64,000 bases of DNA from the NCBI RefSeq assembly GCF_003704095.1, contig NW_020847607.1, positions 558,001 to 622,000 on the forward strand, written 5' to 3'. The notes beneath the pieces were generated by a model. The model was not told the DNA's origin. It worked only from the letters and a program-made list of their open reading frames with translations, and did not search any database. The translations under genes and the position numbers were made by a program. Shown piece by piece: positions 50,215 through 64,000 of this stretch. Every line of letters starts with the position of its first letter. The stretch's first letter is position 1. This DNA comes from Pocillopora damicornis (taxonomy: Eukaryota).

Positions 50215-50712
50215 TTAAGCCTGGGCGGGAAAGAGTTGTATGGTAATGTAAGGACAACTTACCGATCGCTTTCGTCCAGCTCCATTACCGTAGCAAAACA
50301 AATCTGCCGGATTGGTACAAGCTTTTGAGTTGGTGTCTGAGGTTACATCACCCATGCTATCCTCCTTCGGTGCAGTAACACGGACACCTTTCTTAACCAT
50401 AAATTTCTTTTTGCCACTTGGGTTGAAACGGCAGGTAAATTTTGTGCATCTTGGATCGGGGTCTTGAAGCTGTAAAGGATTCGCAAAGCGCTCGTACGTC
50501 TTTCTAGAGAAATCAGGCCCTCTCTTGCCCATAAATAGTTGACAGTTTAGCCGCTCTTTCTTCGGGAGTCTGCCACATTCGACTTGGCGCTTCTGTGTAA
50601 GCGCATTCGAGCGGCCCACGCGCTGCCGCGAGTCGTACTCGCATTCCTCCTCATTTTGACAGCCGTTTAAGGGAGCTTCATCGGCAAGATTCGGACTGTC
50701 AACGAAGTTCAA
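50215..50712 (-). pseudogene. decayed ORF of unknown family
   Basis: 165-codon open frame with raised GC and no ATG start. Protein-like segments appear to switch frame near 50330-50270. Confidence 0.3.
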
Positions 50713-51954
50713 ATTCCTAGAAGAGACTAAAAGTACGGTTTAACAGAACGTGAATTAAGATGATGGTAATAATAAAAATTCTTGAAGTAAGAATCTTTCG
50801 ATTTTCTCAATGGTTAGATTTCTAGTTTAACTGGTTTGAGATTTACGACAAATAAGGACACCCACTGACATTCGTGTGAGCAAGATTTGAGAGAACATGG
50901 AGCTCAGCGCATGAAATGAGGTTCCATTCAACCAATCGCACGTACATTTATTTGCAGTGGTGATCACAAATTATCAACGATTTTCAGAAGTAAAATGGCA
51001 TCAGCGGGGTGTCAGTTGAAAAAGAAATCATTAATGTCCGAGTCGAAACTCAATTTTAAAGAAAATACATGGTAGTATTTTAAGTTCTGGAGCTGCTAGA
51101 ACAATAAGAAGGAAGTTGTTGATGCATAAGAACAGCCAAAGAGAAAGTTACTTAAAGGTCAGAAAAGGTAAAATTAACATAAATGTCTCACCCGACTGCA
51201 GAAAAAACAGAACTACAAACGTAGTAAGCATTTCGCACCAAAACGAGGCTCAGCCGTCGATATCAATTCTCTGGAATTGAATGAGACATTTTTATCAAAC
51301 AATAAAATTGTTTCTAACTTAGAACTGTGATGGTAAAATCTATTTTCGCTAGAAAAAAAGACAACCTTTCACATTCAATGTAGCGAACCAACTCTACGTT
51401 AAAGTATTTCCTCACAGTAAGTTTAACATTGTTGATTATTGCACTACGAGGGCCTTTTGCACGAAAGAAATACACGCCGGGCTGGTGAGCGCTCTGAAGC
51501 GGAACAATCAGCGTCCACAAATATGGCGTTTGTGACCGTGTGGTTTTTAGAGAAGCCTGGAACTAAGTTAACGCCTGTTGAAAACTGCCTCCGAGCGGTC
51601 CTGGAGTTAGTCCGAAGGCGCCAAAACTCGAATGTGCTGAAAGTACACAGTTTTCCTGTCATTTTGATACTAAATATGCCATGGTTTCTTCGATGTTCGC
51701 TTAGCAAGAGACAGTAGAGGAAATAGTAAAAGAAAAGGTAAGGTTTATTTGTCGTTTCTATCGTATTTTTGGCTAGGATAGTTTTTTAAGTTTCTCTACT
51801 TATCCGAGAATTTGTGCTACGAACCGAAACTTCAAAGCCTTGACAAAAGCTCTATGATTTTTGTTTTCCTAATTTTGCCTTCTTTCCTTAGTTTTTTATG
51901 AGTTAATTTCTAGGATGCCGCAGACAAAGAACACGCGCTTTAACTTGGCTCAAT

Positions 51955-52387
51955 TCATGAAAGGTCAGATAACTGGGCAAAATCTCGAATCAGTCTGTTC
52001 TCTCTGTTATAGTAGATTATATCTGTGTGTTTTTCTTCGTTGTGCACAACACCATAAGCGGAACGGGCCTTTTTAACCATCTGTAAAATTAAGGAAAATA
52101 TTTCCGAGGACATCGCCCTTTTAAACTCTACAGTCCAAGCGCTTCGGGCCTTCATTCTTGGACTGAGGCGCCTATGGAGCATCTTAAGCCACATCTTCAC
52201 TTCTCCTTCCAGGAGTGCTGTCGCTGGAATTTGTGACATTTTAGCTCGTTTCAAAGAGCTTTGGCCCACACGGTTTTTTTCAAAAATTGAAGCGAGAGCT
52301 GTTTTTACTTCTTCTTCAAACAAAAAGAAATTATCGACTTCATCACGTAAAGGACGAAGCATTCAAAATGCTATTTTCAGCCGCCAT
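51955..52387 (-). pseudogene. decayed ORF of unknown family, possibly mobile-element cargo
   Basis: 135-aa globular-looking ORF. A strong aaaATGGCGG start at 52387 is out of frame with it, and coding-like sequence continues past the stop with further stops. Confidence 0.35.
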
Positions 52388-55300
52388 TTTGAAAACTGCT
52401 TTGTACTTTTATTCGCATTTCCGCTGTACAATCTCAAACTACAGCGGGCGACAAAGTTCCACTTCACGGCACGCGCCAGCCCGGCGTGATATATATAAAT
52501 AAACCCAAACTAAATGGCTACACAGTGAAAAAGCATAGAACATACTGTTGAAATTGTTCGCAGAATGTTAACGTAGAGAATCACTTAAATTTAAATGAAC
52601 CCTCCCCGTGAGTAAATTTGGAAAACAACCATTTCATTTCAGATAATATTGTTTGTTTGTTTATTTACCTTGCGTCCGAAGTCCGCAATCAATTTTTCAA
52701 CAGATTCTGTCGAAAATAACGGTTCTTACTGATTAAGATAATGTAATTGCATTCTGTTTTCAATTTTTGAGTGAAGCCCCGAAAAGTAAAGGTTGCAACT
52801 ATCCGTTAAATACCGTGGTTACAAGATCTCGATTGTTTTCATTAGAAGTAAGACTCCCTCCCAAAGTATTGCATTGATGTATTCTTGTAAAGAACACAGA
52901 ATTTCAGTCAATAGTTTTTCGTAGGTTCTCTCTCTACGCATTGATATCCGACGTGAAAATGAAATACGATAAATCTGATTGGAATACTTAAATTTCACTC
53001 TATTCGGAAGGAATAAATGCCAATTGTTGACAACCTTAAGAAAATTGTGAATTTTACCTAGATTTTACAAGAAGAGTAGGGTTTTGAGTATTTCTAGTGT
53101 TCAGTTGCTTCTAGTAATGTCTTAGGGTAATGTCAGTTCATAGTTCAATTCAATTCAATTGGGGATCTCTCACCTTGCTAACTCACCTTGCTCTCCCTTT
53201 TGTCCTTTAGCACGGGTCGTATGCATAAAATTGAAAACTTGATCTGCTTATATTCCTTTGAGCGTCATGTTGTCGGAAACAACTATGAAAGATTACTGCC
53301 ATCACTTCCTTCTCAAAGAGGGTTTATTCGGCGCTTTGAGTTCCTTTTCGTAGGCGGGGGGAGTAAATGATATCAATATTTAAACACTTATCCGACAATT
53401 AATCACCCAAATGAACCATCGACTTGAATGTGCGACCGTTGGCTCGTCGCTGAAACAAACTCAGAGCTAGTTAGAGGATCAAATTAATGACCTAAGATGT
53501 TGCTGGAATATTTCAGTCCATAGCTTTTCAGCTGGATCAGAGTTTATCTCTTCATAACTTCGTGTAAGCCTTTTTATCATCTATTTCTACTAGGTAATTA
53601 ATGCTTTATATAGCCTTCATTATCCTAGCTCCTGAATAAATGTGTCCCATAGGACAAAGAGGCTCCAGGTATTTTTCACCCTTCTTTGAAATCTCGAGAG
53701 GCAAACATTGCTTCTTGAAGCTCGCCCAAATATCTGTTTTACCCTCTTCCCGGAGAAATTCCGCATTCTTCGACCTGGCCCATATCTTTCAACATTCAAT
53801 ACCCGATCTTACACATATATATCATAATAAAATTTGTGATTGTTCTTTGATCTTGTTTCTTTCTGTGTTACCCCTCTATCCGCGAAACGATCTACTTCAA
53901 ATATCTGAGCTAATAAAGAAGAAAAAAATTATAATAGGACATTTAATTTATATCTTCTCGGAGACATTTCCCAAAAAATTTAATTTCGACAGAATTTTGA
54001 ATTTGCAATTTTATCATTTGAATTTAAGTAATTAAAGATTGAAAGCAATTGCGACCAATACTTCATACAATTGTTTATTTGTCACTTTGAAAAAAAGTTC
54101 CCTATATCATGAAACCAAAATTTAAAGGAATTGCAAAAAGAAAATTGAAAACGAACCACTTGTTCTAAATTTCTATAATTAATTAACTGCCAGATCAGAG
54201 AAGCATTTTCTTTTTTTGCTCTAGCATCGCTCAATTAATATTCTTAAATGTACGCCAACATCGCTTAAGTGTTTTCAATTCAGTTCATATTATTAATTTT
54301 CTGTGCGAATCCTGGCACCAAAAAAACGTATTTTATATGAAATATTACACGATAAAAATTTTTTTCAAGTTCTCATTTTTTTTTTATACCTTTTTTCAGA
54401 CCTACTCATATCCGTGGTGGCTAGATTTGTATTTTGATAACAATATTAGTTTTTTTTTCTAGAATCTATTGTTATTTGGTATTCTGTTCCCATTTCTTTT
54501 TAAACATTTTCCTGATCCAGTTTATGTAATGATTTTCATATTTTGCGATAAATTTTATTCAACACACATTTCGTATACTTTGGAATAATTTTAAGTGTTG
54601 TAATATTTTTCTGCGAGAAATCTTTGTTTCATAACAATATCTTCCAAGCACTGATTAAAACGATGAACATTTTACTCTACACAATAAATCATAGTCTTTC
54701 CTTTATAGCGGAAACAAATAGCACGATCTTCAAGGCTCAATGTTAATCTTCGCTTTCGTACCCATCTTTTAGTCCTTCTGAAAATTTATCAATGACGTTC
54801 ATCGCGGTATCTGAAGTGTAGTTTATCTTTAAAATTCACAGCTGTCACACAAATTCGCTAAACTGAGCGTGGTCGGGTAATTATTCGAATGCTTAAAATT
54901 TTTCTTTTCAATGACAAAACAACTCATTTGAGATGAGCTGTCGGAAGCATGACTTTCAAGTTTTCCGTCGTCCTTGGTCTCTCGGACTTGTTTTCCAAAA
55001 TTTGATCAAAACATTTCCTCAAGGGTTGGAAAATGGAAATTTCTTTTCAGTTTCTACTGCAACGAGAAATGTGAGGCGTACTTTAGTCACTTAGTAAAAT
55101 AAATGAGAAACATATTCAAGAAAAAACAACAACAACAAAAACGCTCTTCGATAACTTAACTGGCACAAAAAAAAGATAGCGGTAATTCTTATCTTACTAA
55201 ATTACTCAATTATTCCGCCAGTCAAATAAGTATGCAGAGCTCGTTTTAAATAACCCTTTAAGATAAAACACACTTTCTGCATATTGGATAAATCCTATTC

Positions 55301-58300
55301 CCATGAAAAGAGAAAAAACCATTTTTAGTTACAATTGTGACTAATCTTTTGGTTGGAAAAAAATGATCCGCGGCTCGCGACGACTTGCGTAGCTTTTGTA
55401 GTGATAAGTGAGCTACACGTAACGGTTTTAGTATAACGGTGGACAAGCTTTCAGTTTTTGACGTGAAACGATGTAACTCGATATCAACAATTAAAATGAA
55501 ATATGGACGATGAACTCAGCTTCAGATTTTGAGAATGTTTTTATTCAACACTATTTTTCTTTTCTTTTCTTCTTTTCAATTTTTACTACAACATTTTTTA
55601 GACGGATGTAAAAAAGGGTTCCTTGATTACATAACAGATCCAGTTGTGATTGCTTCACATAGTCCGTGCGAATGGTATGTCGGTGAACGACATCAGTGAC
55701 GCTTGTGAAAGCTGAAGCCATATTTTAAAATCAAAATTTAAAGAATAGAGAAGTAGTTTCTATTACTCTAACCATTCCCTTTTGTTTCTTTAGGTGACAT
55801 TTTCATTGTGTAATTTTCAAAACTTGTGAAATCCCCATCTTGAATGAAAACACAACAGCTTTACGAGGCCTCAGAAAAACGGGCCCAAGCTGGCCCTAGA
55901 AACAAAGGCACAAGAGAGACTCAAAAATCTGCGTTTGAATTCCTTCTTCCGCGTGAAAACTATGTCAAATCTCCCAAAATCCATGTAATTTCCGTAATTT
56001 TACTGTTTTTGTGCGTCAGAAACACATTATAATGTTACGTCATGCTGTATGCCTCACAGCAACGTATGCTGGGAAAGATATGCCAAGAAGGAATCTCATT
56101 TCGTAACACTTACATAACTGTAAGTGAATTGGTATTTTGATGTTTGATGGATCACACATCACCTAAATGTTAGACTCCTGAAAATTTAGTGAAACTGCTC
56201 AGCAATTTCTTCACCACAGGCTCTGATCAAATGCATTATTTATCTTTAAGCGCTCTGAAGTATTAATCGTCAATAGATATCGTCCTTGGCGAGCTTGAAT
56301 TGAAATTTTATGACTGATACTGAAGGAGGAAGATAGCCCCTTTGATTAATGAGTTTGTTGAATTGAAAAAAGATGTGTTCTTTGCACAGTGACGTTCAAG
56401 TGACATAAACATGATATGATGGCGCTTTAGTCAGTTTAAGAGATCTTGACAGACAACTACTTCCCAATAAAATTAAATAAGAACGAAAAAAGGGCCACTC
56501 CATTGAGTCATTGAAGCCACATTAAAGGGAAGGGGGAAGAGGGCGTGCAAGTGGTGATTCTCGAAATTTTTTTATGCTGTTTGAATCTTAGCCATGTTTT
56601 AAATATGCGTATGCACTCAAGGGAGTAAATCACACCCTCCACCCCCGAGAAGAGGGCGTTCAGAGGAAAACAAGGTGATAAGAATACAGGAAATTTTAAA
56701 TGTTTGTTTTATTTCATCAAATTAACACATTTTATTGTTTCCTTCGCATTGAAGGTAATTTTGCACATCTCAACAAACGACTCTACCAAATCGTGACCAT
56801 AGCCTTAAACTTGTTGGTTTTGTGGTCGATTTGTGGGAGTAGCACCCTAGGGTTAAGTTCAAATTGGCGACAAACATGTGCGACACGGAAATGTCCACGA
56901 AAAGAAAATGTCGTCATTCTCACGTCATTATGCACCATTAATTTCAGTGCGTCAAGTTGTGAATACTGTTCACAAGAATTAATTTCTTGGAAACAAAAGA
57001 TTTTTTTTTAGTTCCTCTTCCCAGTGTTTTACCCAAGGCATACTTTCATAGGGTTATCACACTGAATGGGATTAATGACTAGAACTTTTAAAGCTAGAGA
57101 GATTGCAAGGAGTTCCTATAACGTCAAATGTTGTTGTCATGACAACGAATTAAAAAATATCTATACACCCTTTTTTTTCTGAGAAAAAAGTTACCATGAT
57201 TCTGATACTCTTCTTCTGTCGGGAAAAACGCAGAGCAGCAATGAAAGACGAGGTTTTTCGAAAAATGGTGTAGAAGCAGAAGAAACCTACACACGCACGC
57301 TAACAGCTTTATAGTTTTTTCAATAAAAAAGGCCCAAAAAAACAACTGTATAAATTTGGAAGCAACAAAATAATAAGATTATAGAACTTCACAAAGGATT
57401 TTTAGCTGTGATATTTTGCTGATAACTTGAATCAAAATGTCGCACTCAAAGTCGAAATCCCCAAAGGATCAAAATGTTTCGTCTTAATCAGAGACAAGCA
57501 AGATAAAGAAAAAGCTGCCTTCGCTGACCAAAAATCTACAGAAGCACTCGATTATACAAGGTTACAAACGAAGTTCAAAGCGGCTGGGACTAAAGCTTCG
57601 TGTACACCTACAGGAGGCGTCTGGCTATAGGAAAAGTCCGCTAGCGTGGATCTTTGGCGGAATAGGGGGAGGTGGACGGTGGGGGGGCATAAATCCCTAT
57701 GCCAAAGTATCTACGAGGTTATCAGAAATGGAAGGCATTCAATATTCACCTGATTTCACGTTTATTTCCTTCACCTGTGTCAATGTTTAAAGTCTAAATA
57801 TCAAATTTTATTAACGTCAAATCGCTCAGTCTAACAAATTGATTTTTACGAAAGTTAGTGCCTCCTACAGTTCCTTAGATACCGCCTTATCGTATCATTT
57901 TTCCTCGTGCCTGCATTTTCTTCTTCAAAGCACGAAATTCTTCGGATGTGTACTGCTTTTTGACTGGTTCCTGAAAGTTAGCAAACAAAAGGAATTAAAA
58001 AGAGCTCTGGCGTCTTTATCATCAAATAGTGTCTTTTTACCTTTTTTCGTTTGCGATAATTGAAATTACTTGTGAAGGTTCACTCGTGTTCCTTTTGCAT
58101 CATTTGTATTGATAACCAATTCAATTTCAGATACTATTGATCCGGGCAGATTTCTATTACGCATCGTTCTCAATTGTTTCACAAATTTTTGCGTCATTGG
58201 TATTTTCGCTTGAATTAAAAGACTTAAACCTTACCTTTGAACATAGCTCTTGTTAGTCGTTCATTTGAAGGTAGTCGCAATTATGAGACACTCGGTAAAA

Positions 58301-58652
58301 AATTGAAATTTTATATCTGTATATATTTATCGAGCAATGGCTAAATGCCGAATTATTCGTCGTGAATTCCCTGAAGTTGGCTCTACAAATCAGGGATAAC
58401 TTATTTTAAAAAGAATAAAAAACAGGGGCAAGGGAGCTCAAATTGTTTTATCTGCAATAAAGTGGACGAGATATAATTCTTAAGACAAATGATCGTTGTA
58501 TCAATGTTGAAGATTCCCCTCTCTCTGAAACTCAAACCCAACTTGAAATTTTATTAACAATTTTTGAGATGTTATTTTAGTTAAAACAGGATCTTTCAAT
58601 TGACTGAGGTACTACAAGCGCCCTGATTGGTCAAAAACCTATTGTTTGTTGA

Positions 58653-58845
58653 TAAAAGGGGTAAGTTTCTAAAGAAATTGTGGTGCTACGTCGATGGGAG
58701 TATATCAGGTAATTTAGTTTTGACAACTGAGTTGAAAACGTAACTTGGCCACCGTAAAGGGTAACGCTCGAAACGTCAGCTTTTTTTACCCTTTACGATG
58801 GCCAATTTACGTGTTCAACTCAGTTGTTAACGCTAAATTACCTGC
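58653..58845 (+). repeat. dispersed repeat (aaaggggtaagtttctaaagaaactgtggtg...) carrying a minimal hammerhead-like motif; Penelope-like remnant
   Basis: Related copies at ~1050-1212 (inverted), ~14676-14822, ~19024-19245 and a fragment at 14166-14216. They share ctgaYgaagggctaacgctcgaaacgtcagc or its reverse complement. Confidence 0.65.
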
Positions 58846-60139
58846 TATTGTTTGTTGCACCGGTATAAACCCATAGAAAAGTGCAACAATTGGTTTTTTT
58901 GTTTTTAATTTTAATTCATAAATGCAATAGACCGCATTTTCTATCGGTTTACTGGCGTAATAATCAAGTTGGGATGTTAGGAGAACACGACAAAGTGTGT
59001 AAATCACTTGGATGCGGCTTGTGATTCTACGCAATTCTTTGCGTGGGTGATTGCACCGGTAAGCCGATAGAAAGTGCGGTATATTGCATAATAAGCGGTT
59101 TAAATGTATATTTTCATCAATACCTTTCTATCGGAGCGCTTTTGGTCTCTTCTTTTCTTTTCACTGAAAGAAAATATCGAATAACAAGTGCAGGAATGAG
59201 ATGTTTAATTAAGGAAAGCTTTGTATCAAGAGTTAGCTGTAAAAGAATCATTTTCTGAAGTGATCTATCATTGCCCCGCCCTCCCTCCCACGCATTTGTA
59301 AATTGCTTCTCTATGCCTTGATCCTCACTTATCTTGAAATAGTCAGCTCCAAAATTTTAATCACACTTTCAGAATTTCGTCCTTTGAAGGCAGCTGAGTA
59401 TATCGCGTCTGATGCTCATGTGCGTCTTAACCAACAACTGCTTGATGAAGATTTCCTATCTCACAAATAAAGACCGACAATTCTTCGAGTTCTTAGGGTT
59501 TTTTTAGCTACTCACTGTTTGCTAAGTAATCCAATTGGATGTTAATGCAATTCGTTGTTAAAAATAAAACAATGTTTCTTTAAAAATAAAAATCAGGCTA
59601 CGTGCTCGACTAATATCAAAAGTAAACAGTCGGATTAAAAGCATAAGACGTAAGCCTGGATCTGCGCCAACGGCAAACGCTAAAAATGAACTCTGATTTA
59701 CAACGATCCCCAGATCAAGCCTGAGGTAAAGAACAAAAACCCTAGGCCTTTTGTTCAGCACTTCTGTGAATATAATCGATTTAATGAACAAAAGAGTGAA
59801 GATAAACCGCCAGAAACTCTATTTTGCCGTTTTTGTAAATAAGTCGCGCTTTCTATAGAATTGTGAGGATTCCAGAAAAATTTGATGATCGCATTAAAAA
59901 AAAGATTGATAGTTTTCCCAAGGTCGTCTAAGAAAGTCTTCCTGTAATTTTATACAGGAATTAAGGTTTACTCAGGAAAAACGTAAATGCAAAACTTCCG
60001 AAAACATCTCATTATCGCGTGTGACTCTAAAGATCATGTTCCGGTGTTTTGAAAGCTGATTAACAAAAGCTGAGAATAGGGAGCTGAGTTTATCGAGTAA
60101 AGTTTCTACATCACTAACTTGTCAAAGAAATAATAGTTG

Positions 60140-60341
60140 TTAACCCTTTGACTCCCAAGATCTGATTGTTAGTTCTCCCTTTTTAGCTTCAACCCATTCC
60201 CTTGTAAATTAGTTACGAGAATTTGGTGATAGATCAAGATAACAACTTCTACGAGTTTTCTCATTACTTGCTTGCTCGATAATGCATGGATATTACAGGG
60301 AGAAGTTACATGTTGATCACTTTTGGGAGTTAAAGGGTTAA
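60140..60341. mobile_element. ~200-bp MITE with TTAACCCTTTRACTCCC terminal inverted repeats
   Basis: Starts ttaaccctttgactcccaa, ends ttgggagttaaagggttaa. Related copies at 1-147 (partial), 19336-19547, ~20135-20345, ~36680-36885, ~41190-41385, ~43065-43274 share aagatct / attctcc / gagaatttgg / ggagaa motifs. Confidence 0.8.
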
Positions 60342-61166
60342 GGAGTTATGAAGACTGACTAAAGCTTTCTTCGGCAGCTTATGCGTGGTCATCAGACATG
60401 ACAGAGCCACCTTAATGCAAGTGAAGACAGGCGGCCAACATTTGAACAGAACCTGAATGAACTCGACAAACCATAATATGAACAGAGTAAAAGCTATCTT
60501 TCCTACAGTGTTTCTGCTGGAGCTACTTCCTGAAAGTTCCTTTTTGAATCCCTTTTCACAGTTTCTTTTGCTATACGCTTTTTTCAAGAACACCATTGCA
60601 CAAATGGCATATCAGTACAAAAGTAAAAATTGACCTTTCGGTCAATAAATTTGTGTTATTGACCAAGCATGCCATCAGTATGCTGGATATTGTCCGAGTT
60701 CTTTATTTCTTTGCGTTTTAATGGACTGGGACGATGCCGAGGTCCATTAAAACGAAAAAAAAAGGAAGGAGGCTAGTGACCAGCCATTTTGATCGAACAA
60801 GCTTGGTCAATAAACGATTCTCTAAATAGCACAAGTATTTCTGAGGTGGTTAACTCTTATTTGAAATGAAATGGAGAAATCCCACTTTTTCTCAAGAATC
60901 AATGATGACTTGTTTATTTTCGAGCCCTGGAAGCCAACAGTGATGGCTGGTACTCGTTTATGTTTTCTATAAATGAACTGTCTTCTTCTTGTCGACATTG
61001 TCCACGAATTACAAACTTTGTATGCCCGCCCCACGGAGGATCAAAGCGGGCGATCCCGAGCAGGCAAGATGGGCCCATGGGCTTGTGGGCCACTTGGCCC
61101 GAGTGCAGAACTTCGCCTTATATTTTATTCATATATTGAATTCTATACTTATTTTGTTTTGTTATC

Positions 61167-63203
61167 TCACCTCGAGGTGGCCTCCTTATCCTTGTAACTA
61201 ACTTCACCTCTCATGTCCAGAATGGTTTCGCTCTGTCTAGCCGGCTGCCCTTCTGACAAAAATGTGGCTTTGATTGTTTTCCATCTTCCTCCCTTAGCTA
61301 ATGGTTTTTTGATCAGGGGCAGTAGGGTGCTTCTTCTCCTCAGCGCCTTCGATGTTTCTTTATTAGGCGCCGCTTCAGCACGATCGAGCAGATATTTGAA
61401 CAATGGTATCTCGTTGAACTTCTCCACTCGTAACCTCAGCTTTGTGAGGACAACTCGATGCAGTAGCGCCAGTGTTTCTGGGCTGCGCCGCGCTACAAGC
61501 CGCTGAAAGCTTGCTTTGTCCAACTCATACACCTCTAACGCCTCAACACACTCTACGCTCGCACAGTACTCTGGGATATCAAGAACCAACTCCACGTCAC
61601 CAATGATGTCATTGGGCCCAATGAAGGAGGCTTGTATTTCACGGCGCCGTAACCTGTCTTCCAAGGCAGTAAATCCGTACTCCAATCTTCTTCGTCGTTT
61701 TTCAATAACAGTCAAAGGCCTAACCAGATCTTCTAGTGCGTTTAGTTCAGTCTTCCCTTCTTCTCCTTCTTCTTCTATTTCTCCGTGGTTTCGTTCTTTT
61801 TTCTTCTTCCTCTTTTTAGGTGCAAAAGCTTCGAACTGTTCTTTGCACTTTCTGGGGTCAGATAATACCTTAGCTGCACCTTTAGCGATGAAATAAACCG
61901 CATTACACGGCGAGCCCTGCTTCACTACTCGATTTCCAAACTGGATTTTGTGCATTTTAAGGTTTTCAATCAAGAGAGCTTTTAGTGCTGTTGGCCATGA
62001 AGCAAACAGTGGGCAAGCCAAAGCAAAGGCAGACTTCTCTTTCCATTCAATGTTATACGCATAAAAAGCCCTCTTGAACAATTCCTCATCGATAACAATC
62101 AATTCCGTCATCTCATCGGCGATCACGGTGGCATTTCGTTCCTTCTTGTCGCTCATTAGAACCATCTCACCAAAACTCTTTCCACTTTTCAGATTTCCTA
62201 GCTCATTTCCAAAGTACGCCACTCTTTCCTGGGCGCCGCGGACTGCACCCATGTCATGATGATGGTGGTAATCGGTGTGATGATCATCTTCCTTTCTGGC
62301 GTAAATTGACACTACACCCTTAAGAATGACGTAGAAACTGCCAGAGAGTAATCGCATATTCAGATCATATTTTATTTCGAAGCAATAAATGCAAGTTCAT
62401 AAACTATTCAACTGATGGATAGCGCGGAGCAGATAATAGAAGTAAATCAATGAACATACCCCTTATTTGATGGTTTAAAAAATTTTAAGCAGATATTTTC
62501 CGTTACGTTGTATTTTCCAAGGGGCAAGAAAAAACACGAGCAATGAGCCGGAAGAGCCCTGAGAACGACCCTGAAGAGTACTCACCAGTTTCCCTTCTCC
62601 CCCTGTCGTACGATGACATGATCTTTCTTTACTTTGATCAACTGCACATGTTTTATTAAGTTGACTAAAGTCTCTGTTAAAAAGGAACAAATAGTCTTAA
62701 CCCCAACTCAAAATCGGAGTGTCTAGAGTACATTCTTCAAACAGATAACCATATAAATGTATACTTCTTACTAACCGAGTTAAATGTCCGTACTGTAAGT
62801 TACGGATCCAGTTTCTTACTCTCGTATTTATGCATATTAGCCGTCAAGGAGGTTCCGTAATTTACAGTACATACCCAGAAAACGGTATAAGATATAAGAT
62901 ATAAGGAAAATGTTTATCTTGATAACCCATGGGAGTTAAAGAAATTTTGTCTGTTCCAAATCACAAAGAAAACGGGTTCATTTCCAGCTGAAAAAACTAA
63001 ATCAGATCTATATAAAAAGAGTCTGTTGAGAGTGTGAGCACAGCCATACATTTACCATCTTCCAGGTTTTTAAACAAACTACTCCTGTGTCGAATCCATG
63101 GAAGAATACGCTGTATGTCGTCGATGCTTCTCTCTTCTGGTCTTCTACAGAGTAACTCCTCGGACAACTGCAATGTGGCTTGTAACAGAGGGTCGTTCGA
63201 CAT
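61167..63203 (-). CDS. cyclic-nucleotide-binding domain protein (CNBD2-like, two cNMP domains)
   Basis: Exons 63203-63056, 62673-62586, 62337-~61170 join in frame: ...RPEERSIDDI...LFKNL / VIVRQGEKGNC-FYVILKG...SFGEMVL...RNATVIA; second domain VVKQGSPCNAVYFIAKG...IGDVEL. The 3' end is uncertain: TGA at 61167 overlaps an AG|gtgag donor with a phase-compatible acceptor near 60968. An acceptor at ~63214 implies an upstream UTR exon. Confidence 0.82.
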
Positions 63204-64000
63204 GACGAGAGTACTACAAAAAAAGGATTTCTGACTCGACCAGCGTTAGGCCTTTTACGTCATAAAGATACCAGTCGAATTGCGCGCGCAACATGCATAC
63301 CTTCCATACAGTTTTGCGGGTGAAAATTAGCCTTGGTACGCCCGCTGGAATAGTCGCTATTTCTGTTTACATTTCAAAGTGGATGAAAACAAAGTATTAT
63401 CATTCGACTCACCGTGTAATTACTTCACATGTGGATCGGGACCTTCTGACTGCTTACCGCTGGTCTTTCTCGGGACGTGAGGTTGATTGGTTGCTTTTCA
63501 ACGACTGTGATGCAGATTTCGCTGAAGCCTTCCCTCTGCATATTCACAAAGCGTTACTCTCGGAGAAAGATGAGGGAGGGGAGGGCGAAGTGCGATCGTT
63601 TTGATGCAGACCTCAAGGATTGCCTTTCTAAATTAGTTCCCTCACCCTCCCCTATAAAAGCCACTCATGAAGGCTATTAAGGTACAAGGAAGGTATAGCT
63701 ATAAGTTTTAGCCCTAGTACTAAACTTTATGACCAACCTAGGCCGAATTAATTGAAGACATTAGATTTTTCCACCATAAAATGAATCAGAAAATAAAATA
63801 TGACTGAAAATATAAAATTCAAGGAAAGTAAGTTTCTTTCCTTGTTTTCCTTGCTTTGCCACAGATAATTGATAATACTTACCCAGTCTTTCCTCATCAA
63901 ATAAAAGACATTAACTCCGCTTTTTTCCCCAGTACGTCAAAGTGAGTTGAGTTCGACCTCTGATATGGATTGCGTAAAGTTTCGGAAATTGCGCAAGTAA

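Noticed and set aside
53000-60100. Scattered 60-130 aa ORFs
   Set aside because: AT-rich, F/L/I/K-biased, no domains and no consistent exon chain found.
61213-62259. Plus-strand ORFs inside the CNBD exon
   Set aside because: Antisense shadows without independent features.

Overview
Eukaryotic, AT-rich, intron-rich genomic DNA with three N-gap-free gene blocks and two assembly gaps (15257-15356, ~44380-44563). The repeat complement (tRNA-headed SINE, TTAACCCTTT-terminated MITE, hammerhead-like Penelope-type remnants) suggests a scleractinian coral; this is inferred, not proven. Genes reconstructed by hand from GT-AG junctions: DTWD1 (-), a B4GALNT3/4-like PA14-domain glycosyltransferase (-), ICE2/NARG2 (-), two tandem MFSD12-like transporters (+), and a CNBD2-like two-cNMP-domain protein (-). 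Between ICE2 and MFSD12 lies an intronless island: a J-like/ankyrin/ADP-ribosyltransferase-like gene carrying an in-frame TGA and a 1-nt frameshift, convergent with an orphan multi-pass membrane protein. The most interesting observations are that J-ANK-ART gene, two intact alternative first coding exons feeding one MFSD12 body, conserved LC8-like and PDZ-like motifs in the MFSD12 tails, and a ~215-bp ICE2/B4GALNT junction with an unpaired splice acceptor. 48-61 kb is gene-poor, with repeats and decayed ORFs.
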